A stretch of 59,859 nt of DNA, filler included, from Sanchytrium tribonematis (lineage: Eukaryota): the NCBI GenBank assembly GCA_018985235.1. It is 5 parts of 5 records of this genome, joined end to end, with 100 filler letters (N's around TTAATTAATTAA, not from the genome) between each part and the next. Parts side by side here need not be neighbours in the genome. Positions count along the whole stretch, not along the records: positions 1 to 11,910 come from JADGIG010000239.1; 4 more parts are not named here. One strand, given 5' to 3'. The notes beneath the pieces are model-generated. The model was not told where the DNA came from. It saw only the letters and a program-made list of their open reading frames with translations, and searched no databases. Position 1 is the stretch's first letter, and each line of letters begins with the position of its first letter. Below, piece by piece: positions 1-10,192 of this stretch. The position numbers and the translations under genes were made by a program.

Positions 1-731
1 CTGTCCAAGATCTTCTGATCTTCCGCTTCTTTTAACAATTCGCTACATTCCACCCAGTCTTTGATCTTTCGCTGCAGTTCTTGGTTTAATTCCAAGTGAG
101 AGTCGGTAAGTTTTTTATGCTCTGCTTTTAGTGGTTCTAATTCAGATGTTAATATTGTTAGCTTTTCGGAACATATATTTAATTCTGTTGAAAGCAAATT
201 GTGCTTCGTATTTAGATCTGAGATCAGTTCGTCTTTTTCTTCGCAATTTAATTCCAAATCCTTGATAATTTTTAAAAAGCTTAGTTTTTCGTTTTGCAGC
301 GAAACGAGTTGCCCATTGAGATCCTGAAGTTTTCCACTGTATTCAGTACTTTTGCTATACAATTCAGATATTTTCACATACTTTGACTCTGCTTCGGCTT
401 CCAATTGGGTCAATTTTTCCCTCAATTCCTCATTCTCAACTTGAATTTCTAATAGCTTGGTCTTTGTATTTTGAAGTTGATCTTTGGTGCTCAGCATCGG
501 ATTAGCTCTATAACTTTTGATTGTAGATACTGCTGTTTTTCTCGGAGGCAGGTTTTTAATAATTGGCTTTACAAATTTGTTTTCCTGATTTGATTTCGAC
601 ATCTTTGACAACTGGTTTTTTGACGAGGTCCCCGCAGGTTTTTGTAAATGTGAAGAAGGCGTGGCTAGCTTTGGCTTCTTTAATGGAGGCTTAGGAATTC
701 CTGTACCTGGTCTTTTTAAATTCGATTTCAT
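1..731 (-). CDS. Partial coiled-coil protein with a basic, Pro-rich N-terminus (kinesin-14 tail-like architecture; motor domain not visible); runs off the window start
   Basis: Manual translation from ATG at 731 (MKSNLKRPGTGIPKPPLKKPKLATP...) stays open to position 1; heptad-rich E/K/L sequence after about aa 80. Confidence 0.6.
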   Translation of the reverse strand, partial: MKSNLKRPGTGIPKPPLKKPKLATPSSHLQKPAGTSSKNQLSKMSKSNQENKFVKPIIKNLPPRKTAVSTIKSYRANPMLSTKDQLQNTKTKLLEIQVENEELREKLTQLEAEAESKYVKISELYSKSTEYSGKLQDLNGQLVSLQNEKLSFLKIIKDLELNCEEKDELISDLNTKHNLLSTELNICSEKLTILTSELEPLKAEHKKLTDSHLELNQELQRKIKDWVECSELLKEAEDQKILD

Positions 732-844
732 TTTTGGTTTGAAAAAATAAATATTTTTCAGCGAAAAATTATATTGATATAATAATAATCTATTTTATTA
801 GGCTTCAAAGTTATCCAATTAGCTGTTGCCCCTATCGAAACTGG

Positions 845-1321
845 ATGTTGTTGAGTTGTGTTGCAATATTTGGTGCGGCGTTCGAGTTTGTCCCTGAGTA
901 TTTATCGGTTGACACAATCATGTCCGTGACATGGAAAAGTAATAGTTCCCTAAATGTGTCACTGAACATCGAGATTCAATCTGACGGAGGGATTCTTGCC
1001 CTGACGGGTGATTTCCCTTTATATTATAATCGATCGGATTTTAATGTCCCTGGCAAATATGTTGATCAAAAAGCAAAGGTAGAATTGATCAATACAAAAC
1101 CAGATAATACTAAAGAAATTATTGCTCAGAGTCCACCATTAATTATTAAAGCACATGGATCGCCAAAGGCCATTAGCCCAGACGATGTTGTACAAAGCCA
1201 AAATTCTACCAATGCAACTAGCGAATCTACTTCAACACCATCAGAGAGTAGCGACTCAACAATTCCTCAATTGATCTTTAGCATTTTCTATGGAATTATA
1301 TGCTTAGGATTTTTACAATAA
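845..1321 (+). CDS. Putative secreted/GPI-anchored protein
   Basis: Hydrophobic N-terminus, Ser/Thr-rich linker (NSTNATSESTSTPSESS), hydrophobic C-terminal tail. Confidence 0.6.
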   Translation: MLLSCVAIFGAAFEFVPEYLSVDTIMSVTWKSNSSLNVSLNIEIQSDGGILALTGDFPLYYNRSDFNVPGKYVDQKAKVELINTKPDNTKEIIAQSPPLIIKAHGSPKAISPDDVVQSQNSTNATSESTSTPSESSDSTIPQLIFSIFYGIICLGFLQ

Positions 1322-1343
1322 ATTTTGAATTTTTGAAACCGTA

Positions 1344-2474
1344 ATGAGTTCATCATCACAACCACTCGGAACTCAAAGATTTGGATTGGAGATCCCTGAC
1401 AACTTGCAAGATCTCTTAAGCTTTATTGAAGAAAGAATGAGATGCTCCATTTGCCTTTGCAATGTTAATGATCCCATGAGACTTCCTTGTAACCACATAA
1501 TGTGTCAGGAGTGCATGAAATCTGCGATTAAACACTCAAAAACTTGTCCTGAATGCAGGTCCAAATTTGTGCCTAGACAAGCTAAATTAATGAAAAATCT
1601 AGGCAGTTTTAGCGAAGAAATATCGGCCTTGTTACCCAAATTGAATGAATTTGTAAATTCAATTGAGATTGAACAACCCGTCACCTCTGTAAAGCGATCC
1701 TCGAAAATGGAGTTGCTTGTCCCTAGCAAAAGAAAAGCAACTCGTCCAAATGTACTAGGGAGTCCCAAGCCTAAGAGCAAAACATCAAAAAAGTTGGATA
1801 AAAAACTTGACGTAAAGAATATACCTTCTTCGCCTCCACCTTTAAGGCCATCTTCAATGTCCTCGAAGAGTTCTTTTAAAAAAACTGTAAGTTTTACAGA
1901 AGACGCACTTAATATAATGGAAATGAATACAGATGATATGCTTAACGACTCCCAAGTATTGGGGGAGCTTGACAAACTTATAAAATATGTAGAAGAAAAG
2001 AAAAATGTTACATTTTCAAATACCAATTCAAATGACATTCCTACAGATGAGGTTTTTGATCAAATGAGTCTGAGCCCTGCTATATATCTAGAAAAATCTC
2101 TTAGAAGCAAGAATCTTGATATTCAACATGAAGGAAATCTGGAAATAGTGGAACTTGTTATTATACCCGAAACAGAAACTCCTCACGAATTTATTTTGGA
2201 ATGTATGCTAACTATTGTTAATCAATGTAAGCTTCTTCGCTACAACGAGCCTCAAAATTTGAATTTATCTGATGGGATCAAACTTCCAACAAAAATTGCT
2301 AGTTTGAAAAATACAATTATTTACCACAAAAGCAGAAATGATTTGCTCTCCTTCATTGTAGAAGCTCAAGGAGGATTTGTTCTCGATCATTACCCTCATT
2401 TTAATCTAGCCAATACCCATAGAATAGTCAAAATTAAAAAGCTTTCTGAAATGAGCCAATTTTTATTGAATTAA
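1344..2474 (+). CDS. C3HC4 RING-finger protein, possibly BRCA1/BARD1-like with a degenerate C-terminal BRCT
   Basis: CSICL...LPCNHIMCQEC...CPEC RING motif; low-complexity middle; C-terminal IVEAQGGFVL resembles a BRCT motif. Confidence 0.7.
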   Translation: MSSSSQPLGTQRFGLEIPDNLQDLLSFIEERMRCSICLCNVNDPMRLPCNHIMCQECMKSAIKHSKTCPECRSKFVPRQAKLMKNLGSFSEEISALLPKLNEFVNSIEIEQPVTSVKRSSKMELLVPSKRKATRPNVLGSPKPKSKTSKKLDKKLDVKNIPSSPPPLRPSSMSSKSSFKKTVSFTEDALNIMEMNTDDMLNDSQVLGELDKLIKYVEEKKNVTFSNTNSNDIPTDEVFDQMSLSPAIYLEKSLRSKNLDIQHEGNLEIVELVIIPETETPHEFILECMLTIVNQCKLLRYNEPQNLNLSDGIKLPTKIASLKNTIIYHKSRNDLLSFIVEAQGGFVLDHYPHFNLANTHRIVKIKKLSEMSQFLLN

Positions 2475-2501
2475 TTTCTACATTGTAACTTTAAGTCTCC
2501 T

Positions 2502-3605
2502 ATGTTTGGTAATTTGGTAATAAATTCTGTTGTAGATCCTTCATCTCGAGTGCTAAATCGCAAAACTCTCCACAATTGTCTTGATTCTATAAAAAGTAAA
2601 ACAAAAGAAAACAATTTTGATGAATATTACTCCAATTGTAAAGTGAATGCAAGTGTCATAAATACCAGTTTGCGTGTGGAATACAACTGCTCGCTGCTGG
2701 ATAAATATAAATGGGAATGTGCGACAGAAGAGACTGATGATCTTGAGCGCTTTTTAAGACTGGTAGCCGAATATGCAGGCATGCATTTTTACCACCACGA
2801 TGACCAGTTTTTAACATCAAGTGAGATCATAATCATAGAGATATTTCAAACAAACAGGAATGTTGTTATACAATTTGCAAATTCAATCAAATTTGATCAA
2901 AGAATGGAAACTGTTTTAACAAAGCTACTAATTGAATACCCAAATATTTTTAAAGATGCTGTGACATACTTGGTACATCTAGAGTCTCAAAATGAATTAC
3001 AGAAATGGTCAGAGCTGATTTTAGAATGGAAGGAAACACCAATTTTGACAAAGTGGATTGGCCCTTCATTGGATTTTACATTTGATTATTTTGGGTATCA
3101 AAATGGTAATTGCATACAACTTAGTGACTTTGTTTTCGTAAATCGAGAATTTACAGATTCTTTGAGTCTAAATAAGGGAAATGCTGAATTAAAGTTGTCT
3201 GATTATCATTTGTTTGAAATACTTTGGAGCTATTTTAAAAAAACAAGTTCCGATTTTCCCAAATTAAATTCAGTGTGTGGTTCTATACAATTTGAAAGTT
3301 TGACTTCTGAGGCAGAAGTCGATCATCTAATTAAATTTACGGTGACAGAAAATTTTAATTATGAAGCATTTGCAACTAGCCTTAGTCCTTTCTTTAATTT
3401 GAAATATTTCATAGAAAACTTTTTTGTAGAGAATAATCAAGATTCAACTCGAGTTATTAAAATGGACATTAATTCTGATTTTTCTTTGACCTTTAAAGGT
3501 GAAAAAAGTACTACTGTAGCTTTTACTCCGACTCTTACAGTTAATAGACAGAAAATAACTAAATCAAGCAATTTTATTTCAATTTGCGAAAAACATATTA
3601 AATAA
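2502..3605 (+). CDS. Hypothetical protein
   Basis: 367-aa ORF filling the space between neighbours; no motif recognised. Confidence 0.6.
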   Translation: MFGNLVINSVVDPSSRVLNRKTLHNCLDSIKSKTKENNFDEYYSNCKVNASVINTSLRVEYNCSLLDKYKWECATEETDDLERFLRLVAEYAGMHFYHHDDQFLTSSEIIIIEIFQTNRNVVIQFANSIKFDQRMETVLTKLLIEYPNIFKDAVTYLVHLESQNELQKWSELILEWKETPILTKWIGPSLDFTFDYFGYQNGNCIQLSDFVFVNREFTDSLSLNKGNAELKLSDYHLFEILWSYFKKTSSDFPKLNSVCGSIQFESLTSEAEVDHLIKFTVTENFNYEAFATSLSPFFNLKYFIENFFVENNQDSTRVIKMDINSDFSLTFKGEKSTTVAFTPTLTVNRQKITKSSNFISICEKHIK

Positions 3606-3606
3606 A

Positions 3607-3999
3607 TTAATTCTTCTGTCTTAACATTGGCAAACATAGTTGCACACCTTTATAACATGCATAGGCAGGTATTGTCCAATAAATAATCCAGAATTTTGAG
3701 CTAATGCAACTTCCAATCTGAACAACCCAGCTGATATAAATGATGTCAATCATGTATTGGCTAATAACATTATTCAAGTCTGATTTAGAGTACTTCAGAT
3801 TCTGCATGTCTGTCGATATATGTACACTTTTATATAGCAAAAACAATGCTAACCAGATGGCAAATATTGATAAAAAATTGTAAAAATTCATTTGGTTAAA
3901 AATCGAGAACAAAGTCGTGGACAGTGTATTTCCATAAAGCAAAAACTTAAGAGTGTTCAAATTTTGAATTGTTAATTTTTTAGCAGATTGATTTGCCAT
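3607..3999 (-). CDS. SND2: TMEM208/SND2-family ER membrane protein
   Basis: MANQSAKK N-terminus, DLN...SQYMIDIIYISW, FWIIYWTIPAYACYK motifs. Confidence 0.85.
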   Translation of the reverse strand: MANQSAKKLTIQNLNTLKFLLYGNTLSTTLFSIFNQMNFYNFLSIFAIWLALFLLYKSVHISTDMQNLKYSKSDLNNVISQYMIDIIYISWVVQIGSCISSKFWIIYWTIPAYACYKGVQLCLPMLRQKN

Positions 4000-4021
4000 C
4001 CTTTAGTTTCAAAGTATAATT

Positions 4022-4886
4022 TTATTCTTTTTCTTTCTGAATCTGAGATACATCCATGCCTTCTTGTGGGACACCATAAAGCTCAATACCATCAATTTCC
4101 GTAACATCTCCTCCTCCAATATTGCTTTCTACAAATATCTATATTATTTAAAAGTACATTCAACTTTGGCACTCGTTGAAATTTTACATATTTGAGTTCC
4201 ACGAAAGCTCGGTAGATTTTATCTTCCAATTTGTAATCAGATTCGTTTAAAGTTAGATCTTGAACACAAGGAAGATCATCTACGTCTTCAAATGTCATTT
4301 GTTGATTATTGTAAAATTTTAAACTTTTTGGCGCTTTTTTTATATCTTTAACAGAAATTTCAAGGGAATGAACTTTAACAGTTGCGTTGAATGGCAAAGA
4401 TATAATAACTTGTTCATCGCAGTCACTTTCGAGCGAGCCTTTGCCTTCCAAAATTCCTAAAACACCCAAATTTTTCACATTTAATCCCTCTATTTGGTTT
4501 TTGAGGACAAATGGCTTGAGACTAAGAAATCCTGGCGGACCTTTTGTAGGTTGGCTTTGTACTTGGGATATTTCTGATAACTTTATCAACAATTGATCAA
4601 TTGCTGGAGGGTTAGCTCCAGAAACCGTTCCCACAACCTTGCCATTGTTGAATGTAATAAATGTTGGTATAGATTTAATTTGATATTGCTCAGCTATCTC
4701 TTTAAAATTGTCAATATTAATTTTAATAAATTTAACATTAGGATGCTTCGGTACTAGACTTTCCAGATGAGGTTGTATGGCTTTGCAAGGACCGCACCAT
4801 GAAGTATAAAAGTCAACAAGAACCGCCCCGCTGGACTTTCCTATAAAGGAATAAAACTCGTCTGAAGATAGAATATCTTGAATCAT
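4022..4886 (-). CDS. TXNL1: Thioredoxin-like protein 1 (Trx + PITH domain); two exons, 4886-4158 and 4138-4022
   Basis: WCGPC active site; PITH motifs LESDCDEQ and LKYVKFQ; splicing a 19-nt intron restores the C-terminus IFVESNIGGGDVTEIDGIELYG. Confidence 0.9.
4139..4157 (-). other. 19-nt spliceosomal intron in TXNL1
   Basis: GTACTTTTAAATAATATAG; phase 0; removal restores the PITH reading frame. Confidence 0.88.
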
Positions 4887-5032
4887 TTGCCGTTTCTAAT
4901 AATCTCCTCAATTCAATATAAAATTTCTCGATTTTTTAGAATTGAAAAAGATTTGACAAATCCGCAGCGTCTTTATTCCTATTTAATCATTGCCATTTGC
5001 TGGGCAAAACTCAAAAATTTATTTTCTAATAT

Positions 5033-5858
5033 TTAAGATTTAACTTCATTGGATTTTAGTTTTATATTTAACTGCTCTTTTCGAGGAGCTTCGCTCACTT
5101 CCATTTCATCTTCTTTCTTCTCTAATATCGATCTTAATAGTAAAAGTTGTCGTGATTCAAAACTTTGTACATTTTTGGTTGTAGAATAAGGTGTCGAATA
5201 AATGGCATCTGGAAAATAATTTTCAATTTGACTGAAAAAGGTAAGCATTTGGTCATCGGTGTCCATTTGCTTAGACTCTTCTGTCACTGTTCTTGCCCTT
5301 TTCTGAAGCTGGGCCTCTGTTTGTTTAAATTGATGCAATGCAATAAGATCCTCAAAAGGTTTAGACCTTCCTGTGACGACACGTCTAAATTATTATTATA
5401 TACTTCATTGCAACTGAATGATTCTTGCAAGTGATAGATCTATAACAGGGTCCATTTTCTGTCATTACACCACAGTTTTTGTCCAGGTCCAAAACTCTAC
5501 TTTTTTTAATTTTCTTACTGCCGCTCGAAGGCCTTTTCCTTTTGACGGGAATTTTAGGATTTGAACCACTTTGTGGAACTTCTTTCTTTGGTGGTTCGTA
5601 ACTAAAATCTTCGTCTGCTCTAAATTGCTCTGGAACTTCAACTATTAGCGTCTGTTCATTATTGTGCGCTTTACGGCACTTATCGAAATGTTCCACAAAT
5701 CTAAGTGGTAAAATTACGCGACTACAAATTCCGCATTGAACAAGTTCCTTTTGTAAATATGGTATAAAGAGATCTTCGTCATTAGTTTCTGCCTCATCTA
5801 GCTCTATAGCCTCAATTTTAAAAGATTTTAAATAATTTTGGGCCCGAGAGAAATTCAT
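5033..5858 (-). CDS. SGF73: SAGA subunit Sgf73/Ataxin-7 (SCA7 zinc finger); two exons, 5858-5404 and 5384-5033
   Basis: N-terminal CGIC...HFDKC finger; DLDKNCGV...GPCYRSITCKNHS then, after splicing, MKRVVTGRSKPFEDLI completes the SCA7 domain. Confidence 0.85.
5385..5403 (-). other. 19-nt spliceosomal intron in SGF73
   Basis: GTATATAATAATAATTTAG; phase 2; removal joins two ORFs within the SCA7 domain. Confidence 0.9.
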
Positions 5859-5908
5859 TTTGGGGGTATTTTAAAAAAATAAAAATTTGAAACAAATGTG
5901 TAGATTTG

Positions 5909-6409
5909 TTAATTTGAGTCTTTATTTCTTTTAGTAAGGTGACTGTGTTGTAGCTTTAGTCGTGCTATCTCGGAAAACCCGTCTAGCACATTTTTTAGCG
6001 TAAATAAATATATATCGCTTTGCCCCACTAATTTTAAAAGTTCCTTGTTGCAATTCTGGTTATCCAGAAAGTAGTCAACTATTTTCCATAGCTCCTCATT
6101 TCGCTTATATTCTTTTTGGTATAATTCATATATTCGATGCTCAACGATTTTAAGGTGCTCCTCCGATTCCGCGGCATCTGCAGACACATCGTACATAAGC
6201 TCCACAACATTTTTTGGGAACTCGCTGTCTGCAGGATTTTCCATTTGATAATATTGAAAATTCTCAGTTTTGACTAGATTGTAGTGATGGTATTTGTCAC
6301 AATATCTTTGCTTTGAATTATAAGGAATAGTACCAGTCAATTTGTTATATCTATTGTTTGGTTTATAGCGTACATCCATAAGCACCCAGTCAATTTCTTC
6401 TCCCATCAT
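5909..6409 (-). CDS. Hypothetical protein
   Basis: About 166-aa ORF from ATG at 6409, head-to-head with the DEAH helicase. Confidence 0.55.
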   Translation of the reverse strand: MMGEEIDWVLMDVRYKPNNRYNKLTGTIPYNSKQRYCDKYHHYNLVKTENFQYYQMENPADSEFPKNVVELMYDVSADAAESEEHLKIVEHRIYELYQKEYKRNEELWKIVDYFLDNQNCNKELLKLVGQSDIYLFTLKNVLDGFSEIARLKLQHSHLTKRNKDSN

Positions 6410-6435
6410 TTTCTCCAAGTTTTGAAATCATATTT

Positions 6436-9099
6436 ATGCAAAATGAAATAAGTGATTTCTTATTACAATCCATAGGTATGACGGAAAACTCAATTGTTGA
6501 ATCTATATTAAGTCTTAAAGGAAAAACCAAGTCTGATATCCATGGCCATTTGCAAATGTTGTGTTTTCCATCTGACAAAGTTGATGATGCAGTAAGCCAA
6601 ATATACAGCATTTTGAACCCCAAGCAACAAATCGAGATTAAACCAATAGAAAAGAAAAAGTACATCGATGTGAGATTGAAATCTCGTCAAGATTACTTAA
6701 AGAAAAGAGAGAGTAAGCAATTAGCGTTTTTAAAGTACAAATTGGAAAAGAAAAGTGTAAAGGATGAGGGAGAAAAAATTTTTCATGAAAAAGTTGTCTC
6801 ACTCATCGAAGACCGAAAGAAACTCGAGCAGGAAATTTCTGAGATTGGTCAGGGATACCAGATGCCAGGCGAATATAATGATGAGGAAATGACACGTGCA
6901 CTTAAAGGAAAAACCAAGATTCTGGGAATATCGTATGATAAAATAGTTGACTGGGAAGAAATGCAGTTATTAAAAGCCGCGAAAGATATTGATAAAGATG
7001 AAGACTACGAATATTTGTTTGATGAAGACGAGCAAATTGCTTTCCTACTAGCATCACAATTAAATGGGGAAGAAGAAGAAAAAATGGATGTACCACAGAA
7101 ACATAATCAAGACATACAATCTATCCGGAAAAGTCTTCCAATATATTATTTTCGTGATAAAATTATAGAAATTATCAAAAGAAATAAAGTTACCATTCTT
7201 GTGGGAGAAACTGGTTCAGGAAAATCTACTCAAACTCCACAATATTTATTGGAATCAAAATTGTTTACTGGAATGATCGCAGTGACCCAACCTCGTAGAG
7301 TTGCTTGTCAATCTTTAGCTGACAGAGTTGCGAAAGAAATGAATGTTTTTTTAGGTAAAGAGGTTGGTTACACAATAAGATTTGAAGATAGAACTTCTCA
7401 CTCCACAAGAATTAAATTTTTAACTGACGGTGTTATTCTCAAGGAAATACAGGACGATCCGAAGTTGTCTCAATTTTCTGTCATTTTGATCGATGAAGCA
7501 CATGAAAGAACTACAAATACAGACGTGTTACTCGGGCTGCTTAAGGAAGTTTTGACTCTTCGGGACGACTTACATATAGTTATCGCATCAGCGACCCTAG
7601 ATTCTGAAAAATTTAGCTCTTTCTTCAATAATGCGCCTATAATTAAAATTCCGGGCAAAACTTTTCCTGTGGATATCTATTATACTCAAGCACCGGAGGC
7701 CAATTATATTGCGGCTGCAATTTCCACAATTATGCAAATTCACATTTCTCAACCCGTCCCAGGCGACATCTTGGTGTTTCTTACTGGACAGGAGGAAATT
7801 GAAAGTTGTAACGAAATGCTACAGGACATAATCAAAAAGACTGGAAACCGAATCAAAGAGCTGCTAGTATACCCAATATATGCTTCCTTGCCAAGTGAAC
7901 AGCAGTCTAAAATTTTTATCGAAACTCCTTTAAATGCTCGTAAAGTTGTCTTGGCAACTAACATTGCTGAAACCAGTATAACAATTGATGGTATCACCTA
8001 CGTTATAGATTGTGGGTTGCACAAGGAAATGTCTTTCCATCCCAAATCTGGAATTAGTAATCTAGAAATAGTTCCTGTTAGTAAAGCAGCAGCAAACCAA
8101 CGTGCTGGTAGAGCTGGCCGTACAAGACCGGGAAAATGCTTTCGTTTATATACTAAATGGGCATTTGACAACGAGCTTAAAGAAAACCCTACCCCTGAAA
8201 TAATGAGAACAAATTTAAGCTCAGTCGTCTTGCTTTTAAAATGCCTTGGAGTCGACCAAATTGAAACTTTTTCATTTCTTGATATTCCGCCTTTAAACGC
8301 CATTCAAAAATCTGTCCAATTGCTCATTGATTTAAATGCACTTGACAAACATCAGGTCTTGACAGCGGAAGGTCAAAAAATGGCAGAACTTCCATTGGAT
8401 CCACGAATGGCTAAAGTAGTACTCTCTAGCTCTGAGTTGCAATGTGCTGAAGATATCTGCACAATAGTTGCATTATTGACAATACAATCCCCAGTTTTTT
8501 ACAGACCTCGCTATAAAACTGAAGACGCTGACCTCAATAAGCGTTCGTTCTATCATCCGAATGGAGATCATATGACTCTTCTGAATGTTTGGAATCAGTT
8601 CCAAGACTCTAACTATTCTAGAGAATGGTGTTATGAAAAATTCATTCACTTCAAATCCCTACAACATGCCAAGAGCATTCGTGATCAACTCATGAGACTA
8701 CTGGATAAGCTGGGAGTCGCTCTGGATAATAATATTGGAGGTGATAATATCATAAAAGCATTTCTTCGTGGCTATTTCACCAATGTTTGCAGGCTCACGA
8801 ACGAAGGTTCCGTTTACAAACACGCTAAAGATGAAATCTTGGCTTTAATACATCCATCTTCGTCTCTTTATTTGAACATAAATTCCGAATTGAAAAGCGG
8901 TCAAACGAAAGTATTTAAGAAACCAAAGTGGGTCTTTTACAACGAGCTAGTACTGACCAGCAAAGAATACATGAGAATGGTGAGTGTCATTGACCCCACT
9001 TGGCTACTAGAGGCTACTTCTGCATTTTCCCAAGAAGAGCTAGATGCTTTGGAAGGAACCAAAAAAAGTTATAAGAGCACAGGATCATTTTTCGACTAA
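6436..9099 (+). CDS. DHX16: Spliceosomal DEAH-box helicase Prp2/DHX16
   Basis: GETGSGKS, TQPRRVA, DEAH, SAT, QRAGRAGR motifs; N-terminal SRQDYLKKRE typical of DHX16/Cdc28; YIAAAISTIMQIH. Confidence 0.9.
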   Translation: MQNEISDFLLQSIGMTENSIVESILSLKGKTKSDIHGHLQMLCFPSDKVDDAVSQIYSILNPKQQIEIKPIEKKKYIDVRLKSRQDYLKKRESKQLAFLKYKLEKKSVKDEGEKIFHEKVVSLIEDRKKLEQEISEIGQGYQMPGEYNDEEMTRALKGKTKILGISYDKIVDWEEMQLLKAAKDIDKDEDYEYLFDEDEQIAFLLASQLNGEEEEKMDVPQKHNQDIQSIRKSLPIYYFRDKIIEIIKRNKVTILVGETGSGKSTQTPQYLLESKLFTGMIAVTQPRRVACQSLADRVAKEMNVFLGKEVGYTIRFEDRTSHSTRIKFLTDGVILKEIQDDPKLSQFSVILIDEAHERTTNTDVLLGLLKEVLTLRDDLHIVIASATLDSEKFSSFFNNAPIIKIPGKTFPVDIYYTQAPEANYIAAAISTIMQIHISQPVPGDILVFLTGQEEIESCNEMLQDIIKKTGNRIKELLVYPIYASLPSEQQSKIFIETPLNARKVVLATNIAETSITIDGITYVIDCGLHKEMSFHPKSGISNLEIVPVSKAAANQRAGRAGRTRPGKCFRLYTKWAFDNELKENPTPEIMRTNLSSVVLLLKCLGVDQIETFSFLDIPPLNAIQKSVQLLIDLNALDKHQVLTAEGQKMAELPLDPRMAKVVLSSSELQCAEDICTIVALLTIQSPVFYRPRYKTEDADLNKRSFYHPNGDHMTLLNVWNQFQDSNYSREWCYEKFIHFKSLQHAKSIRDQLMRLLDKLGVALDNNIGGDNIIKAFLRGYFTNVCRLTNEGSVYKHAKDEILALIHPSSSLYLNINSELKSGQTKVFKKPKWVFYNELVLTSKEYMRMVSVIDPTWLLEATSAFSQEELDALEGTKKSYKSTGSFFD

Positions 9100-9100
9100 T

Positions 9101-9935
9101 TTACTCTAATGCTGCAGCTCCCGTAACAATATCACAAAGCTCATTGGTGATAGCCGCTTGTCTACCTCTATTGTAAAGTAAAGTTAAATTACCAATCATA
9201 TCACCCGCATTCTTAGTTGCATTTTCCATGGAAGTTCTTCTTGAAGCAATTTCGGAGGCATGACTTTCACACATCATAGAGAACAACTACATAAGATGTG
9301 ATTACCTTGGAGGCGTATAAAAATTCGGCAGCATTTTGAAAACTATCGCTCTCATTCTCATATTTTCCCAAATCAACGTCTTTAATTTTCTCTGGGGTTG
9401 GCAGTTCAACTGCTTTAGTTTCATAAGAAACAATTGACTTAAAATTGTTATAGACCACTTTATGCGAAACGTTTTTCAACTTTTCGTCAGCTAATAATGC
9501 ATCGGCTATCAAGCAAGCTTCCTGGAACACAGGCACATTTTTTCCAAGTTGATTAAATGAGTAAACGATTTTGCTCCTGTGTTCTCTTGACAATTGTGCT
9601 TTAGATTTGTCGCCAACAGCCACAATAAAATTTGGTTCTTTTACATTTCGTTTAATAAATTTGGTGATATTAGAATGAACACCACCACAAAGACCTCTGT
9701 CTGAGGTAATGCCAATGAAAACTGTGTTTTCACTCTTTGGCAGAACGGCATTTTTTTCCACTTCTACTTGTGCATCCCCAATCACTTTTGCAACTTCCAT
9801 GGCTCTCTGAGCTCTAGTCAACTTAGTTGTTGCAATCATCTTCATAGATTTAGTAATTTTTTCAATATTCTTTATAGATTTAAGACGCAATTGGATATCT
9901 TTCAAGGTAGCGTGTTGAACTCGAGAGCAAAACAT
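9101..9935 (-). CDS. ATP3: Mitochondrial F1 ATP synthase gamma subunit; two exons, 9935-9306 and 9286-9101
   Basis: [46 protein letters not shown] motifs. Confidence 0.95.
9287..9305 (-). other. 19-nt spliceosomal intron in ATP3
   Basis: GTAATCACATCTTATGTAG; phase 0; gives [17 protein letters not shown]. Confidence 0.92.
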
Positions 9936-10192
9936 GAAAACAAGGAGAAAGTTTGATGGAACATTTTACTCAAAATTTTGATTTATTCAATCCATGTTAT
10001 GTCATTTGTAAGAGTTACTCCCGCTGACAAACTATGAATTGTTTAAGCTGTATTCGCTACGGTTTAAAATTAACCCATATTCTTTAATAAAACATCAATG
10101 TTTGCTTTTTATTACTGACGAGTGACAATTCAATGCAACTAATGACTTGATGATATTCCAGCGCATAAACTTCAATTTTACATTTTACGGAG

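Noticed and set aside
1505..2038. Antisense and overlapping ORFs in the track (for example 1505-2038, 11450-11812, 26944-27366, 30093-30533)
   Set aside because: Shadows of real genes on the other strand or frame, with no independent motifs
9990..10140. Possible C/D snoRNA in the ATP3-NUP57 intergenic region (AGTTACTCC before CTGA resembles an LSU rRNA antisense)
   Set aside because: Only about 9 nt of complementarity and no clear C box; needs a snoRNA or Infernal search
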